Below, one piece after another: positions 27,855 through 38,092 of a DNA stretch of 43,250 nt; position 1 is the first letter of the stretch, and each line of letters begins with the position of its first letter. The position numbers were made by a program, and so were the translations under genes. Below the pieces are notes generated by a model. That model ran no database searches. It was not told where the DNA came from and worked only from the letters and a program-made list of their open reading frames with translations. The DNA is from Occultella glacieicola (GTDB lineage: Bacteria; Actinomycetota; Actinomycetes; Actinomycetales; Beutenbergiaceae): positions 1-43,250 of the forward strand of contig NZ_SMNA01000018.1 of assembly GCF_004353825.1 (NCBI RefSeq), given 5' to 3'.

Positions 27855-28532
27855 ATGAGTTTCGCCATCCCCGACGGCCTCGCTCCGGAGACCTACCCAC
27901 TGTCCTGGCTGCTCGGCACCTGGCGTGGCCCGGGCTTCCTCGGTTACCCGGACATCCCGGAGCGGCCGATCCTCGTCGAACTGACCTTCACCTCCGACGG
28001 CGGCCCCTACCTCGCGTACACCTCGACGACCTGGAACCTCGACGGCGAACTCGACTCGCTCGAGGGTGACGTCGACGTGGCCGCGCTGCGGCCCGGTCAG
28101 GTGTGGGCCACCGAGTCCGGCTTCTGGCGGGCGGTCCCGAAGGCCCCCGACGACGCCAGCGCGCTCACCGACGCGCCCGCGGCCGACCCGGCGCCGGACG
28201 CCCCCGCGGCAGGCCCGGCGCCGGACGCGCCCGGAGCACCCCGGACCGGCGCGAACGCGTCCTCCACGGCCGCACCGCCGCCGTCGGCCACCGAGATCGA
28301 GGTCCTGCTCGCCGAACCGAGCGGCCACGTGAGCGTGTACCTCGGCGTGGTCCAGGGACCACGCATCGAGCTCGCCACCGATCTGGTCGCGCGGACCGCG
28401 TCCGGGGCGGAGGTGTCCGCCGCGGCCCGGATGTACGGGCTGGTGCGTGGGGAACTGATGTGGGCCACGGACATGGCCGCGTTCGGCCACGAGATGCAGT
28501 CCTACTCCTCCGGCCGGCTCCAGCGACAATGA
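27855..28532 (+). CDS. Nitrobindin/FABP-like (THAP4/DUF1794) beta-barrel protein
   Basis: PLSWLLGTWRG, ESGFWR and RMYGLV.GELMW. AGGGAG RBS. Confidence 0.88.
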   Translation: MSFAIPDGLAPETYPLSWLLGTWRGPGFLGYPDIPERPILVELTFTSDGGPYLAYTSTTWNLDGELDSLEGDVDVAALRPGQVWATESGFWRAVPKAPDDASALTDAPAADPAPDAPAAGPAPDAPGAPRTGANASSTAAPPPSATEIEVLLAEPSGHVSVYLGVVQGPRIELATDLVARTASGAEVSAAARMYGLVRGELMWATDMAAFGHEMQSYSSGRLQRQ

Positions 28533-28602
28533 CCGAACGCCTTCCATGCGGGCCGCGGCCGCGCCACGGAATGAAGGCGGCCCCGCGGGCCTTGTACCTG
28601 GC

Positions 28603-29715
28603 GTGACCACCACCATCGCCTCGCCCCTGCTCTCACGCCACGGCGCCGTCGCCGCCGGCGGCCCGGACACGGGCGTCGCCGCGCACTACGGCGAGCCGAA
28701 CCGGGAGCAGCGCGACCTCGCCCGAGGGCTGGCCGTGGTGGACCTGTCCCACCTGGGTGTGGTGACCGTGACCGGTCCGGACCGGCTCGGCTGGCTGCAC
28801 ACGCTGAGCTCCCAGGACGTCGGTGCGCTCGCCCCCGGGGCGAGCACCGAGCTGTTGCTGCTCGACCCGAACGGGCGGGTGCAGCACGCCCCGGCCGTCG
28901 TCGACGACGGCACCACCACCTGGCTGATCACCGAGACCGCCGACGCCGAGGGGCTGGCCGCGTTCCTGGAGTCGATGCGGTTCATGCTCCGCGTCGAGGT
29001 CGCGATCGACACCGGCACCGCCGTGCTCGGGACGTCCGCCGCCGGTCCGTCCCTGCGCACCCAGGCCGGGGCGGAACCCGTGACCTGGCGCGACCCGTGG
29101 CCGACCACGGCCCCGGGCTCGACCCGGTACGGCCCGGCCGACGCCGAGCACCCCGGCTCGGAGTGGGCCGCGCAGCTGTGGCTGGTCCCGCGCGCCGAGG
29201 TGCCGGACGTGGTCCGGTCCGCGGAGGCGACCGGGGCCCGGCTGGCCGGTGCCTGGGCCTGGGAGGCGCTGCGGGTGGCGGCCTGGCGCCCGCGTGCGGC
29301 CCGGGAGGTCGACGAGCGTTCCATCCCGCACGAGCTGGACTGGCTGCGCACGAGCGTGCACCTGCACAAGGGCTGCTACCGGGGCCAGGAAACGGTCGCT
29401 CGCGTGTTCAACCTGGGCCGGCCGCCGCGGCGGCTGGTGATGCTGCACCTGGACGGCAGCGAGCACCTCACCCCGGACCCGGGCGAGACGGTGCTCGACG
29501 GCGACCGTGAGGTCGGCCGGGTCACGTCCGTGGTGCGCCACCACGAGCTGGGCCCGGTGGCCCTGGCGGTGATCAAGCGCAACGTCGATCCGGACGTCCA
29601 GCTGACCGTCGGCGGCATCGCCGCCGCACAGGAACTCATCGTCGCCGTGGACGGCGCAGGCACCGACCGACCGGAGCCGGCCGCCGGACCGATGCTGCGC
29701 CGTCGGACGTTGTAG
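28603..29715 (+). CDS. ygfZ: Folate-binding protein YgfZ/GcvT-like
   Basis: HYGEP..EQR, VTGPDR..WL and the KGCYRGQETV signature. Confidence 0.9.
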   Translation: MTTTIASPLLSRHGAVAAGGPDTGVAAHYGEPNREQRDLARGLAVVDLSHLGVVTVTGPDRLGWLHTLSSQDVGALAPGASTELLLLDPNGRVQHAPAVVDDGTTTWLITETADAEGLAAFLESMRFMLRVEVAIDTGTAVLGTSAAGPSLRTQAGAEPVTWRDPWPTTAPGSTRYGPADAEHPGSEWAAQLWLVPRAEVPDVVRSAEATGARLAGAWAWEALRVAAWRPRAAREVDERSIPHELDWLRTSVHLHKGCYRGQETVARVFNLGRPPRRLVMLHLDGSEHLTPDPGETVLDGDREVGRVTSVVRHHELGPVALAVIKRNVDPDVQLTVGGIAAAQELIVAVDGAGTDRPEPAAGPMLRRRTL

Positions 29716-30087
29716 CGCTCGTCGGACGGGACGGACCTGCGGGACCGGAAGCGTCGCCGTCCAGCGCTGCGTCCCGGTCCGGGACTTGCCGCTCAACCCA
29801 TGTGTCTACTTTTTCAGACTCGGCTCACTACTCGACGGCCATCCTCGACGCTGCCGCCGAGAAGAAGGCTCGGCGCGCAAGCGCCGCGCTCGTCGACCGG
29901 GCACGCTCACTGCTCGCCTAGGGTCACTAGGCTGCCCCACGGCCGACCGAGCGCCGTGTGGGCGGCTCGGTCGGCCGAAACCGGCTCGCTCGACCACGCC
30001 TCAGCGGGCGCGCGGCGGGGTGCCCGCAACAGGGTCCGGGGTGGCCGGACAGGACCGAGGCGACCGCCACCCGTACGCTGTCCAGGT

Positions 30088-31230
30088 GTGAGCAGCGGAC
30101 CGACTCGTGCCGAGGCGCCCCGGCGGCGATTCGACGTGCGGCGGGCCCGGGTGCTCGTCACCGCCAGGGTCGCCCGCGGGGTCCGCCGGTTGCGCGCGGA
30201 CGCCGTCGGGATCCTCAGCGCCTCGGTGGCCGCCGGCATCGCGTACGCGGTCGCGCTGTACGCCGTGGGCCACGACGTCCCCGTGTTCGCCGCGATCGCC
30301 GCCTGGGTGTGCCTGGGCTACGGGAACGACCGGCGCCCGCGGAAGGTGGCCGAACTCGCGCTCGGGGTGACCCTCGGCGTGGCGCTCGGCGAGGTGTTCG
30401 CGCACCTGTTCGGCACCGGGCCGGTGCAGATCGCCGTGGTCCTCGCGCTCGCGGTCTCGGTGGCGAGGCTGATCGACGGCGCCCAGATGCTGGCCATGCA
30501 GGCCGGGGTGCAGGCCGTCGTGATCGTCGGGTTCTCCACCACGCTGGTCGGTGGCGGCGTCGGGCGCTGGCTCGACGCGCTCATCGGCGGCGCCCTCGCA
30601 CTTCTCACCGCGGCGCTGCTCCCGCTCGACGTGCGCAGACGGGCCCGGGCCCTGGCGGCCGAGGGCATGGGCGAACTGGCGATCACCGCCTCCGACGTCG
30701 CCCGCGGGATCCGGCTCGGCGACCCGGACGTCCTCAACGACGCGCTGGTCCGGGCGCGCGGGTCGCAGGGGGTGCTCGACGACTGGAGCAGCCTGGTGCG
30801 TGATGCCCTCGAGGCGACCCGGCTGACCCCGACGGCGCTGCGCCACGACGACCTGCTCACCCGGCTCCAGCGCGGCAGCACCCTGTGTGACCGTGCGATG
30901 CGCAACCTGCGGGTGATCGCACGTCGCTCCTGGACCGTGTCCGAGAACCTCCGGGACCGGGACCGGGTCGCCGACATCCTCGAGGTCACCGCGCGGGCGA
31001 GCCGGGACATCGGCTTCGCGTTCGAGTCGAACGCCGACCTGATCCGGCTCCGTCCGCAGCTGCTCGCGGTCGCGGGCGAGCTCGACCCGCAGGCCTTCAC
31101 CGGCTGGCAGACCCAGACCCTCGTGGTGCTGCTGCGCTCGCTCGTCGTCGACCTGCTCGAACTCACCGGGATGACCGGCAGCCAGGCCCGGGAGGCGCTC
31201 GTCGAGATCGACACCGGACGCCCCGGCTGA
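30088..31230 (+). CDS. FUSC / aromatic acid exporter family membrane protein
   Basis: PVFAAIAAWVCLG, GVTLGVALGE, QAGVQAV, RWLDALIGG and DRAMRNLRVIARR. Confidence 0.85.
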   Translation: MSSGPTRAEAPRRRFDVRRARVLVTARVARGVRRLRADAVGILSASVAAGIAYAVALYAVGHDVPVFAAIAAWVCLGYGNDRRPRKVAELALGVTLGVALGEVFAHLFGTGPVQIAVVLALAVSVARLIDGAQMLAMQAGVQAVVIVGFSTTLVGGGVGRWLDALIGGALALLTAALLPLDVRRRARALAAEGMGELAITASDVARGIRLGDPDVLNDALVRARGSQGVLDDWSSLVRDALEATRLTPTALRHDDLLTRLQRGSTLCDRAMRNLRVIARRSWTVSENLRDRDRVADILEVTARASRDIGFAFESNADLIRLRPQLLAVAGELDPQAFTGWQTQTLVVLLRSLVVDLLELTGMTGSQAREALVEIDTGRPG

Positions 31231-31255
31231 GTCGTTGCTCGCGTACCCTCGGAAC

Positions 31256-31588
31256 GTGATCGCGAACATCCAGGCGTACCTGTTCCTCGGCCTGTCCGTC
31301 ATTGCCTTCGGCCTCGCCCTCTGGGCGCTGGTCGACGCGCTGGTCCGACCGACGACGGCGTTCACCTCGGCCGACAAGCGCACCAAGGGCTTCTGGGGTG
31401 GTGTGCTCGCGCTGGCGACCGTGCTCGGCTTCCTCGGGATTCCCGCAGGCGGGGGCGGCAGCTCGCTGTTCCTGGTCCTCATCGCCGCGATCCCGGCCGG
31501 CATCTACCTGGCCGACGTGCGCCCGGCGGTGGCCCGGTACAGCGGCCGCGGGGGCTCGGGAGGTTCCGGCGGCGGTAGCCGGTGGTGA
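31256..31588 (+). CDS. DUF2516 family membrane protein
   Basis: AF.SADKRTKGFW and IYLADVRPAV. Confidence 0.85.
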   Translation: MIANIQAYLFLGLSVIAFGLALWALVDALVRPTTAFTSADKRTKGFWGGVLALATVLGFLGIPAGGGGSSLFLVLIAAIPAGIYLADVRPAVARYSGRGGSGGSGGGSRW

Positions 31589-32574
31589 AGCCGCCGCCAC
31601 GCCTCGTCGCACCCGCGCCCGGGGCGCCGCTGGCGTGGGTGATCCGGGGCACGATGGTGGAGTCGGTGCACGCCGGGCACCTGGTCGCCCTCGACGCCGA
31701 TGACGACGTGGTGCTCGCCCTCGGCGACCCGGAGCAGGAGATCTACCCGCGTTCGGCCATCAAACCCGTCCAGGCGGTCGCGATGCTGCGTGCCGGCCTG
31801 GACGTGACCGATGAGCAGCTGGCCCTGGTCTGTGCCTCCCACTACGGCGAGCCGCGCCACCTCGACGTCGCGGCGAGCATTCTCGCCCGCGCCGGCCTGA
31901 CCGAGGCCGACCTCGGCAACCCCGCGTCGCTGCCGTGGCGGGAGGAGACCGCGCACGCCTGGATCGCGGCCGGGACCCCGCCGTCGCGCCTGGCGCACAA
32001 CTGCTCCGGGAAGCACGCCGGCATGCTCGCCACCAGCCGGGCCGCCGGGTGGCCCAACGACACCTACCTGGACCCCGAGCACCCCCTGCAGCAGGCGATC
32101 GCGGCCGGAATCGCCGATCTGACCGGTGTCGATCCCGCGCACGTCGCCGTGGACGGGTGCGGGGCGCCGCAGTTCTCGACCACCGTGTCCGGGCTCGCCC
32201 GGGCGTTCGCCCGGATCGCGTCCGCCCCGGCCGGCCCCGAGGCGCGCGTCCGGGACGCGATGGCCGGGCACCCGTGGCTCGTCGGCGGCACCGGCCGGGA
32301 CGCGACCGAGGCGATGACCGCCGTGCCCGGGCTGATCGCGAAGGACGGAGCCGACGGCGTGTACGCGGCGGCGCTGCCCGACGGGCGCGCGCTCGCGTTC
32401 AAGGTGTCCGACGGCGGGGGGCGGGCCCGGGCGGCGATCCTCGCCGCCGCGCTGCGCGTCCTCGGGGTCGAGGGAGCCTGGGCCTGGGCGCGGGTTCCGG
32501 TCCTCGGTGGGGGCGCGCCGGCCGGCTCGGTCCGCCCCGCGTTCGGGGCGGACGTCCCGCCGGGACTGGGCTGA
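31585..32574 (+). CDS. L-asparaginase II family protein
   Basis: [40 protein letters not shown] and AKDGADGV. Confidence 0.9.
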   Translation: MKPPPRLVAPAPGAPLAWVIRGTMVESVHAGHLVALDADDDVVLALGDPEQEIYPRSAIKPVQAVAMLRAGLDVTDEQLALVCASHYGEPRHLDVAASILARAGLTEADLGNPASLPWREETAHAWIAAGTPPSRLAHNCSGKHAGMLATSRAAGWPNDTYLDPEHPLQQAIAAGIADLTGVDPAHVAVDGCGAPQFSTTVSGLARAFARIASAPAGPEARVRDAMAGHPWLVGGTGRDATEAMTAVPGLIAKDGADGVYAAALPDGRALAFKVSDGGGRARAAILAAALRVLGVEGAWAWARVPVLGGGAPAGSVRPAFGADVPPGLG

Positions 32575-32578
32575 GCCG

Positions 32579-33028
32579 GTGCGGGCCGTGCTGCAGCGGG
32601 TCTCGTCCGCCTCGGTGAGCGTCGGCGGGTCGGTGGTCGGGCAGATCGGCACCGGCCTGCTCGCCCTGGTCGGGGTCTGCTCGGACGACACCACCGAGGA
32701 CGCTGCCCGGGTGGCTCGCAAGATCGCCGAGCTGCGGATCCTGGCCGGGGAGGCCTCCGTGACCGAGTCCCCGGGCGCCGGGGTGCTCGTGGTCAGCCAG
32801 TTCACCCTGTACGGGGACACCCGCAAGGGGCGACGCCCGTCCTGGTCCGCGGCCGCGCCGGGGCCCGTCGCCGAACCGCTGGTCGAGGCGGTGGTCGCGG
32901 ACCTGCGCGAGCGGGGGATCACGACGGCGACCGGCGAGTTCGGCGCCATGATGTCGGTCTCCCTCGTGAACGAGGGGCCGTTCACGCTGCTCGTGGAGAG
33001 CCGGCCCGGTCGGGAGCCGGCGCGCTGA
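32579..33028 (+). CDS. dtd: D-aminoacyl-tRNA deacylase
   Basis: [27 protein letters not shown] and [11 protein letters not shown]. Confidence 0.95.
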   Translation: MRAVLQRVSSASVSVGGSVVGQIGTGLLALVGVCSDDTTEDAARVARKIAELRILAGEASVTESPGAGVLVVSQFTLYGDTRKGRRPSWSAAAPGPVAEPLVEAVVADLRERGITTATGEFGAMMSVSLVNEGPFTLLVESRPGREPAR

Positions 33029-33048
33029 CCAGCGCTGACCAGTGCTGA

Positions 33049-33876
33049 TCAGTGCGGTTGGTCCTGCTCGCTTCCCGTCGGCGCGCCGTCGGCGAAGCCG
33101 AGGCCGGCCGCTGCCAGGGCGCCCGCCAGGCGGTCGAGGGCGATCGGCCCGACCCCGTGCAGGGCGGCGAGGTCGGCGGCCGTCCGGTGGCTCACCGCCT
33201 CGAGCGTGTGGACGTCGACGGCGCGCAGCGCGCGGGTGGCCGGGGCGCCGATCGACCGGGGCAGCGGGGTGCCGGGCCGTCGCGGTGGCCGGTCCCGGGG
33301 GCCGTCCAGATGGTCGAGGACGCTCTCGCCGCGGGGGGACAACCGGTAGCCGATCGCCAATGACTCGGTCAGCCCCCGCTCCTTGAGCTTGCGGACGTCG
33401 CGCTTGAAGTCGGGGGTGGGCCGCCGGACCGTCGCCGCGAGCTCGGGAGCCCGCACCTCCGGGTTGGCATCGATCAGTCTCAGGGTCGCCCGTGTCCACG
33501 GACCGAGGGTGGACGCGGCGTCGAGCCGGTCCAGGCCCGCCACGATCAGGGCCAGCTCCTCGGCGGCGGGCACCGTCTCACGGAGCCCGTCGCGCGGGTC
33601 GGGACCGGCGAACGACAGGCCGATGCGGTAGACCCGCCCGCCGGCCCGCTCGGTGAGCGCGCTCCTGAGCGCGGCCACGGACGCGGCGCCGGAGCGGCGC
33701 GCGTCCTCGGTGCGCAGCGCCGAGAGCGGGACCGCCTCGACGCCGGTGACCGCGATCAGCCCCACCGCCGTCCGGAGCCGGGTGCCCTCCTTGACGCGGG
33801 CCCGGTCCCAGCGCCGGAAGGTCAGGTCGATCGCACCGTCGCGGATCGCCTCGAGCTCAGCAGGTCGGAACAACAC
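33049..33876 (-). CDS. Hypothetical protein with ASCH-like, winged-HTH-like and HhH-like segments
   Basis: [12 protein letters not shown]...[43 protein letters not shown]...[11 protein letters not shown]. Confidence 0.7.
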   Translation of the reverse strand: MLFRPAELEAIRDGAIDLTFRRWDRARVKEGTRLRTAVGLIAVTGVEAVPLSALRTEDARRSGAASVAALRSALTERAGGRVYRIGLSFAGPDPRDGLRETVPAAEELALIVAGLDRLDAASTLGPWTRATLRLIDANPEVRAPELAATVRRPTPDFKRDVRKLKERGLTESLAIGYRLSPRGESVLDHLDGPRDRPPRRPGTPLPRSIGAPATRALRAVDVHTLEAVSHRTAADLAALHGVGPIALDRLAGALAAAGLGFADGAPTGSEQDQPH

Positions 33877-33985
33877 ACCTCGGAGCCTAGTCCGCCTCAC
33901 CGTCCGAGACGGGGGTCGACGGCGGCCGGCCCCGCGTCGAGGTCGCGCACCGGCCGGCCGGGGCCACCGCCGGCGGGCGTCCGGC

Positions 33986-34435
33986 TCAGGACTGTTCGGC
34001 GAGCTCGGCGAGCCGGTCGATCGAGGCCTGCAACTTCTCGGCCGTCGTGGCCCGGGCGCGGGGCACCCGGTTCTCGTCCGTGAGTTCGGTCCAGTCGTAG
34101 GTGTGCGTGACCCTGGTCCGCGACGGGCCGAGCGCCTCGAGCTCCCAGCGCCACAGATGTCCGGGTGGCTGCTTGCCCGGCTCGGAGGGCCGCCACGCGA
34201 TCCGCCGGCCCTCCTCGAACTCGACCACGTGGTTCTCGCGGACCTGCCCCTTCGTCAGGGTCATGGTGAAGACGTCGCCGGCGGCGCGGACCCGCTGGCC
34301 GGCGGGCGCCTGCGCGAGGTTGTCGTTGCCGTCCCAGCGGGGCTGCTGACTCGGGTCGGCGATGAGGTCGAAGATGGGGCCGGCGGCGCAGGAGATCTCC
34401 CGGCCGGCGCTGACGACGCGGTTCTCGGTGGTCAT
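33986..34435 (-). CDS. SRPBCC/polyketide cyclase family protein
   Basis: [26 protein letters not shown] and TRVTHTYDW. Confidence 0.88.
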   Translation of the reverse strand: MTTENRVVSAGREISCAAGPIFDLIADPSQQPRWDGNDNLAQAPAGQRVRAAGDVFTMTLTKGQVRENHVVEFEEGRRIAWRPSEPGKQPPGHLWRWELEALGPSRTRVTHTYDWTELTDENRVPRARATTAEKLQASIDRLAELAEQS

Positions 34436-34663
34436 CGACTCATCGAAGCACCGGGTTTCGGCCCCGACAACCCCGACAACCCCGGCCTAGTCCGGCGGCT
34501 CCCGGTCCGGCCGCCCCGGCCAGCCACCGTCCGCTGCTCGACGGCGAAGATCAAACGTTCCGATTCCAGAGTGAGAGGTTTGAAGGTGGCCGTCGCGGGC
34601 AGTCCGCGCCAGGCGTGCGTGGCAAGGCCGGCGACGTCGGGTCGGGACGTGCCACAGTGGGAC

Positions 34664-35173
34664 ATGCGAATCGAGGCCGTCGCGGGAGACATCACCACCC
34701 AGTCCGTGGATGCGATCGTCAACGCGGCGAACTCCTCGCTGCTCGGTGGTGGCGGGGTGGACGGCGCCATCCACCGGGCCGCAGGGCCGGCGCTGCTGGC
34801 CGAGTGCGAGCAGCTGCGGGCGACCACCCACCGGGACGGGCTGCCCGTCGGTCATGCCGTCGCGACCGGGGCCGGGAACCTGCCGGCCCGGTGGGTGATC
34901 CACACGGTCGGGCCGAACCGGCACGCCGGGCAGACGGACCCGGCGCTGCTCGCGTCCGCATTCTCGGCCAGCCTGGCCGTGGCGAGCGGGCTCGGCGCCA
35001 CCTCCGTCGCGTTCCCGGCGATCAGCGGCGGGGTCTACGGCTGGGCGATGGGCGAGGTCGCCGAGATCGCGGTCGCCACGGTCCGCGACGCCGACGCACG
35101 CGGCGTCGAGACCGTCCGGTTCGTCCTGTTCGGTGCCGACGCGCTCGCCGAGTTCCGGGCGCGGCTCGCCTGA
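34664..35173 (+). CDS. Macro domain O-acetyl-ADP-ribose deacetylase (YmdB-like)
   Basis: [38 protein letters not shown] and [10 protein letters not shown]. Confidence 0.93.
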   Translation: MRIEAVAGDITTQSVDAIVNAANSSLLGGGGVDGAIHRAAGPALLAECEQLRATTHRDGLPVGHAVATGAGNLPARWVIHTVGPNRHAGQTDPALLASAFSASLAVASGLGATSVAFPAISGGVYGWAMGEVAEIAVATVRDADARGVETVRFVLFGADALAEFRARLA

Positions 35174-35254
35174 GCCGACCCACCACGGCCGGCACGCCGA
35201 CGTGCTCGGGCGAGCATCCGCCGTCGGGCGTTGCACGATCGTGACCGGCGTGCT

Positions 35255-35300
35255 CTCTGCCGCTGGCGAACAGGGGCATCATCGCCGGACCCGCGCCGTT
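35255..35300 (+). promoter_or_regulatory. Putative ClgR operator and SigR/SigH-like promoter of clpC
   Basis: CTCTGC-N5-GCGAAC (35255-35271) resembles the ClgR GTTCGC-N5-GCG motif on the reverse strand. It is followed by GGCAT-N18-GTT (35275-35300). Confidence 0.55.
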
Positions 35301-35360
35301 AGCATCGAAGACACACACCGCCATGACCGGTGTCGGTCCCGGCCCGTGAGGAGTACGCAG

Positions 35361-37886
35361 ATGTTCGAGAGATTTACAGACAGAGCCCGCCGAGTAGTGG
35401 TCCTTGCCCAAGAAGAGGCACGGATGCTCAACCACAACTACATCGGCACCGAGCACATCCTGCTCGGCCTCATCCACGAGGGTGAAGGCGTGGCCGCGAA
35501 GGCGCTGGAGTCGCTGAACATCTCCCTGGAAGCAGTGCGCCAGCAGGTGCAGGAGATCATCGGCGAGGGCCAGCAGGCGCCATCCGGGCACATCCCGTTC
35601 ACCCCGCGTGCGAAGAAGGTCCTCGAGCTGTCCCTGCGGGAGGCGCTCCAGCTGGGCCACAACTACATCGGCACCGAGCACATCCTGCTCGGCCTGATCC
35701 GCGAGGGCGAAGGGGTCGCCGCGCAGGTCCTGACCAAGCTGGGTGCGGACCTGAACCGCGTCCGCCAGCAGGTCATCCAGCTGCTGTCCGGCTACCAGGG
35801 CAAAGAGCCGGTCTCCGCCGGCGGCCCGAACGAGGGCACGCCCTCCGGTTCGGCGGTTCTGGACCAGTTCGGCCGCAACCTCACCCAGGCCGCCCGCGAG
35901 AACAAGCTGGACCCGGTGATCGGGCGCGGCAAGGAGATCGAGCGGGTCATGCAGGTGCTCTCCCGGCGCACCAAGAACAACCCGGTGCTGATCGGTGAGC
36001 CCGGCGTCGGCAAGACCGCCGTGGTGGAGGGCCTGGCCCAGGACATCGTGCGCGGCGACGTGCCCGAGACCCTGAAGGACAAGCAGCTCTACACCCTCGA
36101 CCTCGGCGCCCTGGTGGCCGGTTCGCGCTACCGCGGTGACTTCGAGGAGCGACTCAAGAAGGTCCTCAAGGAGATCCGCACCCGCGGCGACATCATCCTG
36201 TTCATCGACGAGATCCACACGCTCGTCGGGGCCGGTGCCGCCGAGGGCGCGATCGACGCCGCCAGCATCCTCAAGCCGATGCTCGCTCGCGGTGAGCTGC
36301 AGACCATCGGGGCGACCACCCTCGAGGAGTACCGCAAGCACATCGAGAAGGACGCCGCGCTCGAGCGCCGGTTCCAGCCGATCCAGGTGGCCGAGCCCAC
36401 GCTCGCGCACGCCATCGAGATCCTCAAGGGCCTGCGGGACCGGTACGAGGCGCACCACCGGGTGACGATCACCGACGCCGCCCTCGTGGCCGCGGCGAAC
36501 CTCGCCGACCGGTACGTCAACGACCGGTTCCTGCCGGACAAGGCGATCGACCTGATCGACGAGGCCGGCGCCCGCCTGCGGATCCGCCGGATGACGGCGC
36601 CGCCGGAGCTGCGCGAGCTCGACGAGCAGATCGCCGAGACCCGGCGCTCCAAGGAGTCGGCGATCGACGATCAGGACTTCGAGCGGGCCGCGCGGCTGCG
36701 GGACGAGGAGAAGAACCTCGCCAACACCCGCGCCGACCGGGAGAAGGCCTGGAAGTCCGGGGACATGGACAACGTGGCCGAGGTCGATGAGGAACTCATC
36801 GCCGAGGTGCTCGCCGCGTCCACCGGGATCCCGGTCTTCAAGCTCACCGAGGAGGAGTCCTCGCGGCTGCTGCGGATGGAGGACGAGCTGCACAAGCGGA
36901 TCGTCGGCCAGGACGCGGCCATCAAGGCGCTGTCCCAGGCGATCCGGCGCACCCGCGCGGGTCTGAAGGACCCGAAGCGTCCCGGCGGCTCGTTCATCTT
37001 CGCCGGCCCCACCGGTGTCGGGAAGACCGAGCTCGCCAAGGCGCTCGCGGAGTTCCTGTTCGGCGACGAGGACGCCCTCATCCAGCTGGACATGAGCGAG
37101 TTCTCCGAGAAGCACACCGTGTCGCGGCTGTTCGGGTCCCCGCCCGGATACGTCGGCTACGAGGAGGGCGGCCAACTCACCGAGAAGGTGCGCCGCAAGC
37201 CGTTCTCGGTGGTGCTCTTCGACGAGGTGGAGAAGGCCCACGCGGACATCTTCAACTCGCTGCTGCAGATCCTCGAGGACGGTCGCCTGACCGACTCCCA
37301 GGGCCGGGTGGTGGACTTCAAGAACACCGTGATCATCATGACCACGAACCTCGGTACCCGGGACATCGCGAAGGGCCTGCTGACCGGCTTCCAGGCCGGT
37401 GGCGACCTGTCCACGAACTACGACCGGATGAAGGTCAAGGTCAACGACGAGCTGAAGCAGCACTTCCGCCCCGAGTTCCTGAACCGTGTCGACGACGTGA
37501 TCGTGTTCCCGCAGCTGTCCCAGGAGGAGATCTACCAGATCGTCGACCTGATGATGGCCCAGCTGTCCACCCGCCTGGCGGACAAGGACATGACGATCGA
37601 GCTCACCGGCGCGGCGAAGGACCTGATCGCCGAGCGTGGTTACGACCCGGTGCTCGGCGCCCGGCCGCTCCGTCGCGCGATCCAGCGCGAGATCGAGGAC
37701 CAGCTCTCCGAGAAGATCCTCTACGGCGAGCTCGCCGCGGGCCAGCACATCACGGTCGACGCCGTGGGGGAGGGCCTGCTCGGGGAGTTCACGTTCCACG
37801 GCGAGGCCAAGGCCGAGAAGGAGAAGGAACCGCTCGCGGTCGGGGCCGGCATCACGCCGGAGCTGCCCGCAGCGAGCGCGGACTGA
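35361..37886 (+). CDS. clpC: ATP-dependent Clp protease ATP-binding subunit ClpC
   Basis: [21 protein letters not shown], two Clp-N repeats, Walker A motifs GEPGVGKT and [11 protein letters not shown] domain. GAGGAG RBS. Confidence 0.98.
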   Translation: MFERFTDRARRVVVLAQEEARMLNHNYIGTEHILLGLIHEGEGVAAKALESLNISLEAVRQQVQEIIGEGQQAPSGHIPFTPRAKKVLELSLREALQLGHNYIGTEHILLGLIREGEGVAAQVLTKLGADLNRVRQQVIQLLSGYQGKEPVSAGGPNEGTPSGSAVLDQFGRNLTQAARENKLDPVIGRGKEIERVMQVLSRRTKNNPVLIGEPGVGKTAVVEGLAQDIVRGDVPETLKDKQLYTLDLGALVAGSRYRGDFEERLKKVLKEIRTRGDIILFIDEIHTLVGAGAAEGAIDAASILKPMLARGELQTIGATTLEEYRKHIEKDAALERRFQPIQVAEPTLAHAIEILKGLRDRYEAHHRVTITDAALVAAANLADRYVNDRFLPDKAIDLIDEAGARLRIRRMTAPPELRELDEQIAETRRSKESAIDDQDFERAARLRDEEKNLANTRADREKAWKSGDMDNVAEVDEELIAEVLAASTGIPVFKLTEEESSRLLRMEDELHKRIVGQDAAIKALSQAIRRTRAGLKDPKRPGGSFIFAGPTGVGKTELAKALAEFLFGDEDALIQLDMSEFSEKHTVSRLFGSPPGYVGYEEGGQLTEKVRRKPFSVVLFDEVEKAHADIFNSLLQILEDGRLTDSQGRVVDFKNTVIIMTTNLGTRDIAKGLLTGFQAGGDLSTNYDRMKVKVNDELKQHFRPEFLNRVDDVIVFPQLSQEEIYQIVDLMMAQLSTRLADKDMTIELTGAAKDLIAERGYDPVLGARPLRRAIQREIEDQLSEKILYGELAAGQHITVDAVGEGLLGEFTFHGEAKAEKEKEPLAVGAGITPELPAASAD

Positions 37887-37902
37887 CCCGACCTGCAGTT
37901 CA

Positions 37903-37939
37903 CGAAGGGCCGGCCACCATCACGGTGGCCGGCCCTTCG
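37903..37939 (+). terminator. 16-bp perfect hairpin after clpC
   Basis: CGAAGGGCCGGCCACC-ATCAC-GGTGGCCGGCCCTTCG. Confidence 0.78.
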
Positions 37940-38092
37940 CGCCGCCGCGGGGGTCCGGCGTCGGGCCCGGGCGCTCGGGCCCGCGTTCGTCCTGCGTGCC
38001 TGCGTTCGTCCTGCGGGCCTGCGACGCCTCCGCGTAGTCTCGGTCCCGAGGCGCGGCGCGGCCCTCGCGCGGCGGATGATCGGGAGGCGATC

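Noticed and set aside
29786..30091. Short ORFs (101 aa plus, 63 aa minus) and an extended FUSC N-terminus
   Set aside because: No codon bias, RBS or motif. The FUSC start fits GTG 30088 with a -10 just upstream.
35022..37799. 925-aa minus-strand ORF, and similar long antisense ORFs over ppk1, pstS, pstCA and the helicase
   Set aside because: Shadow frames of strongly GC3-biased genes on the opposite strand, with no recognisable motifs.
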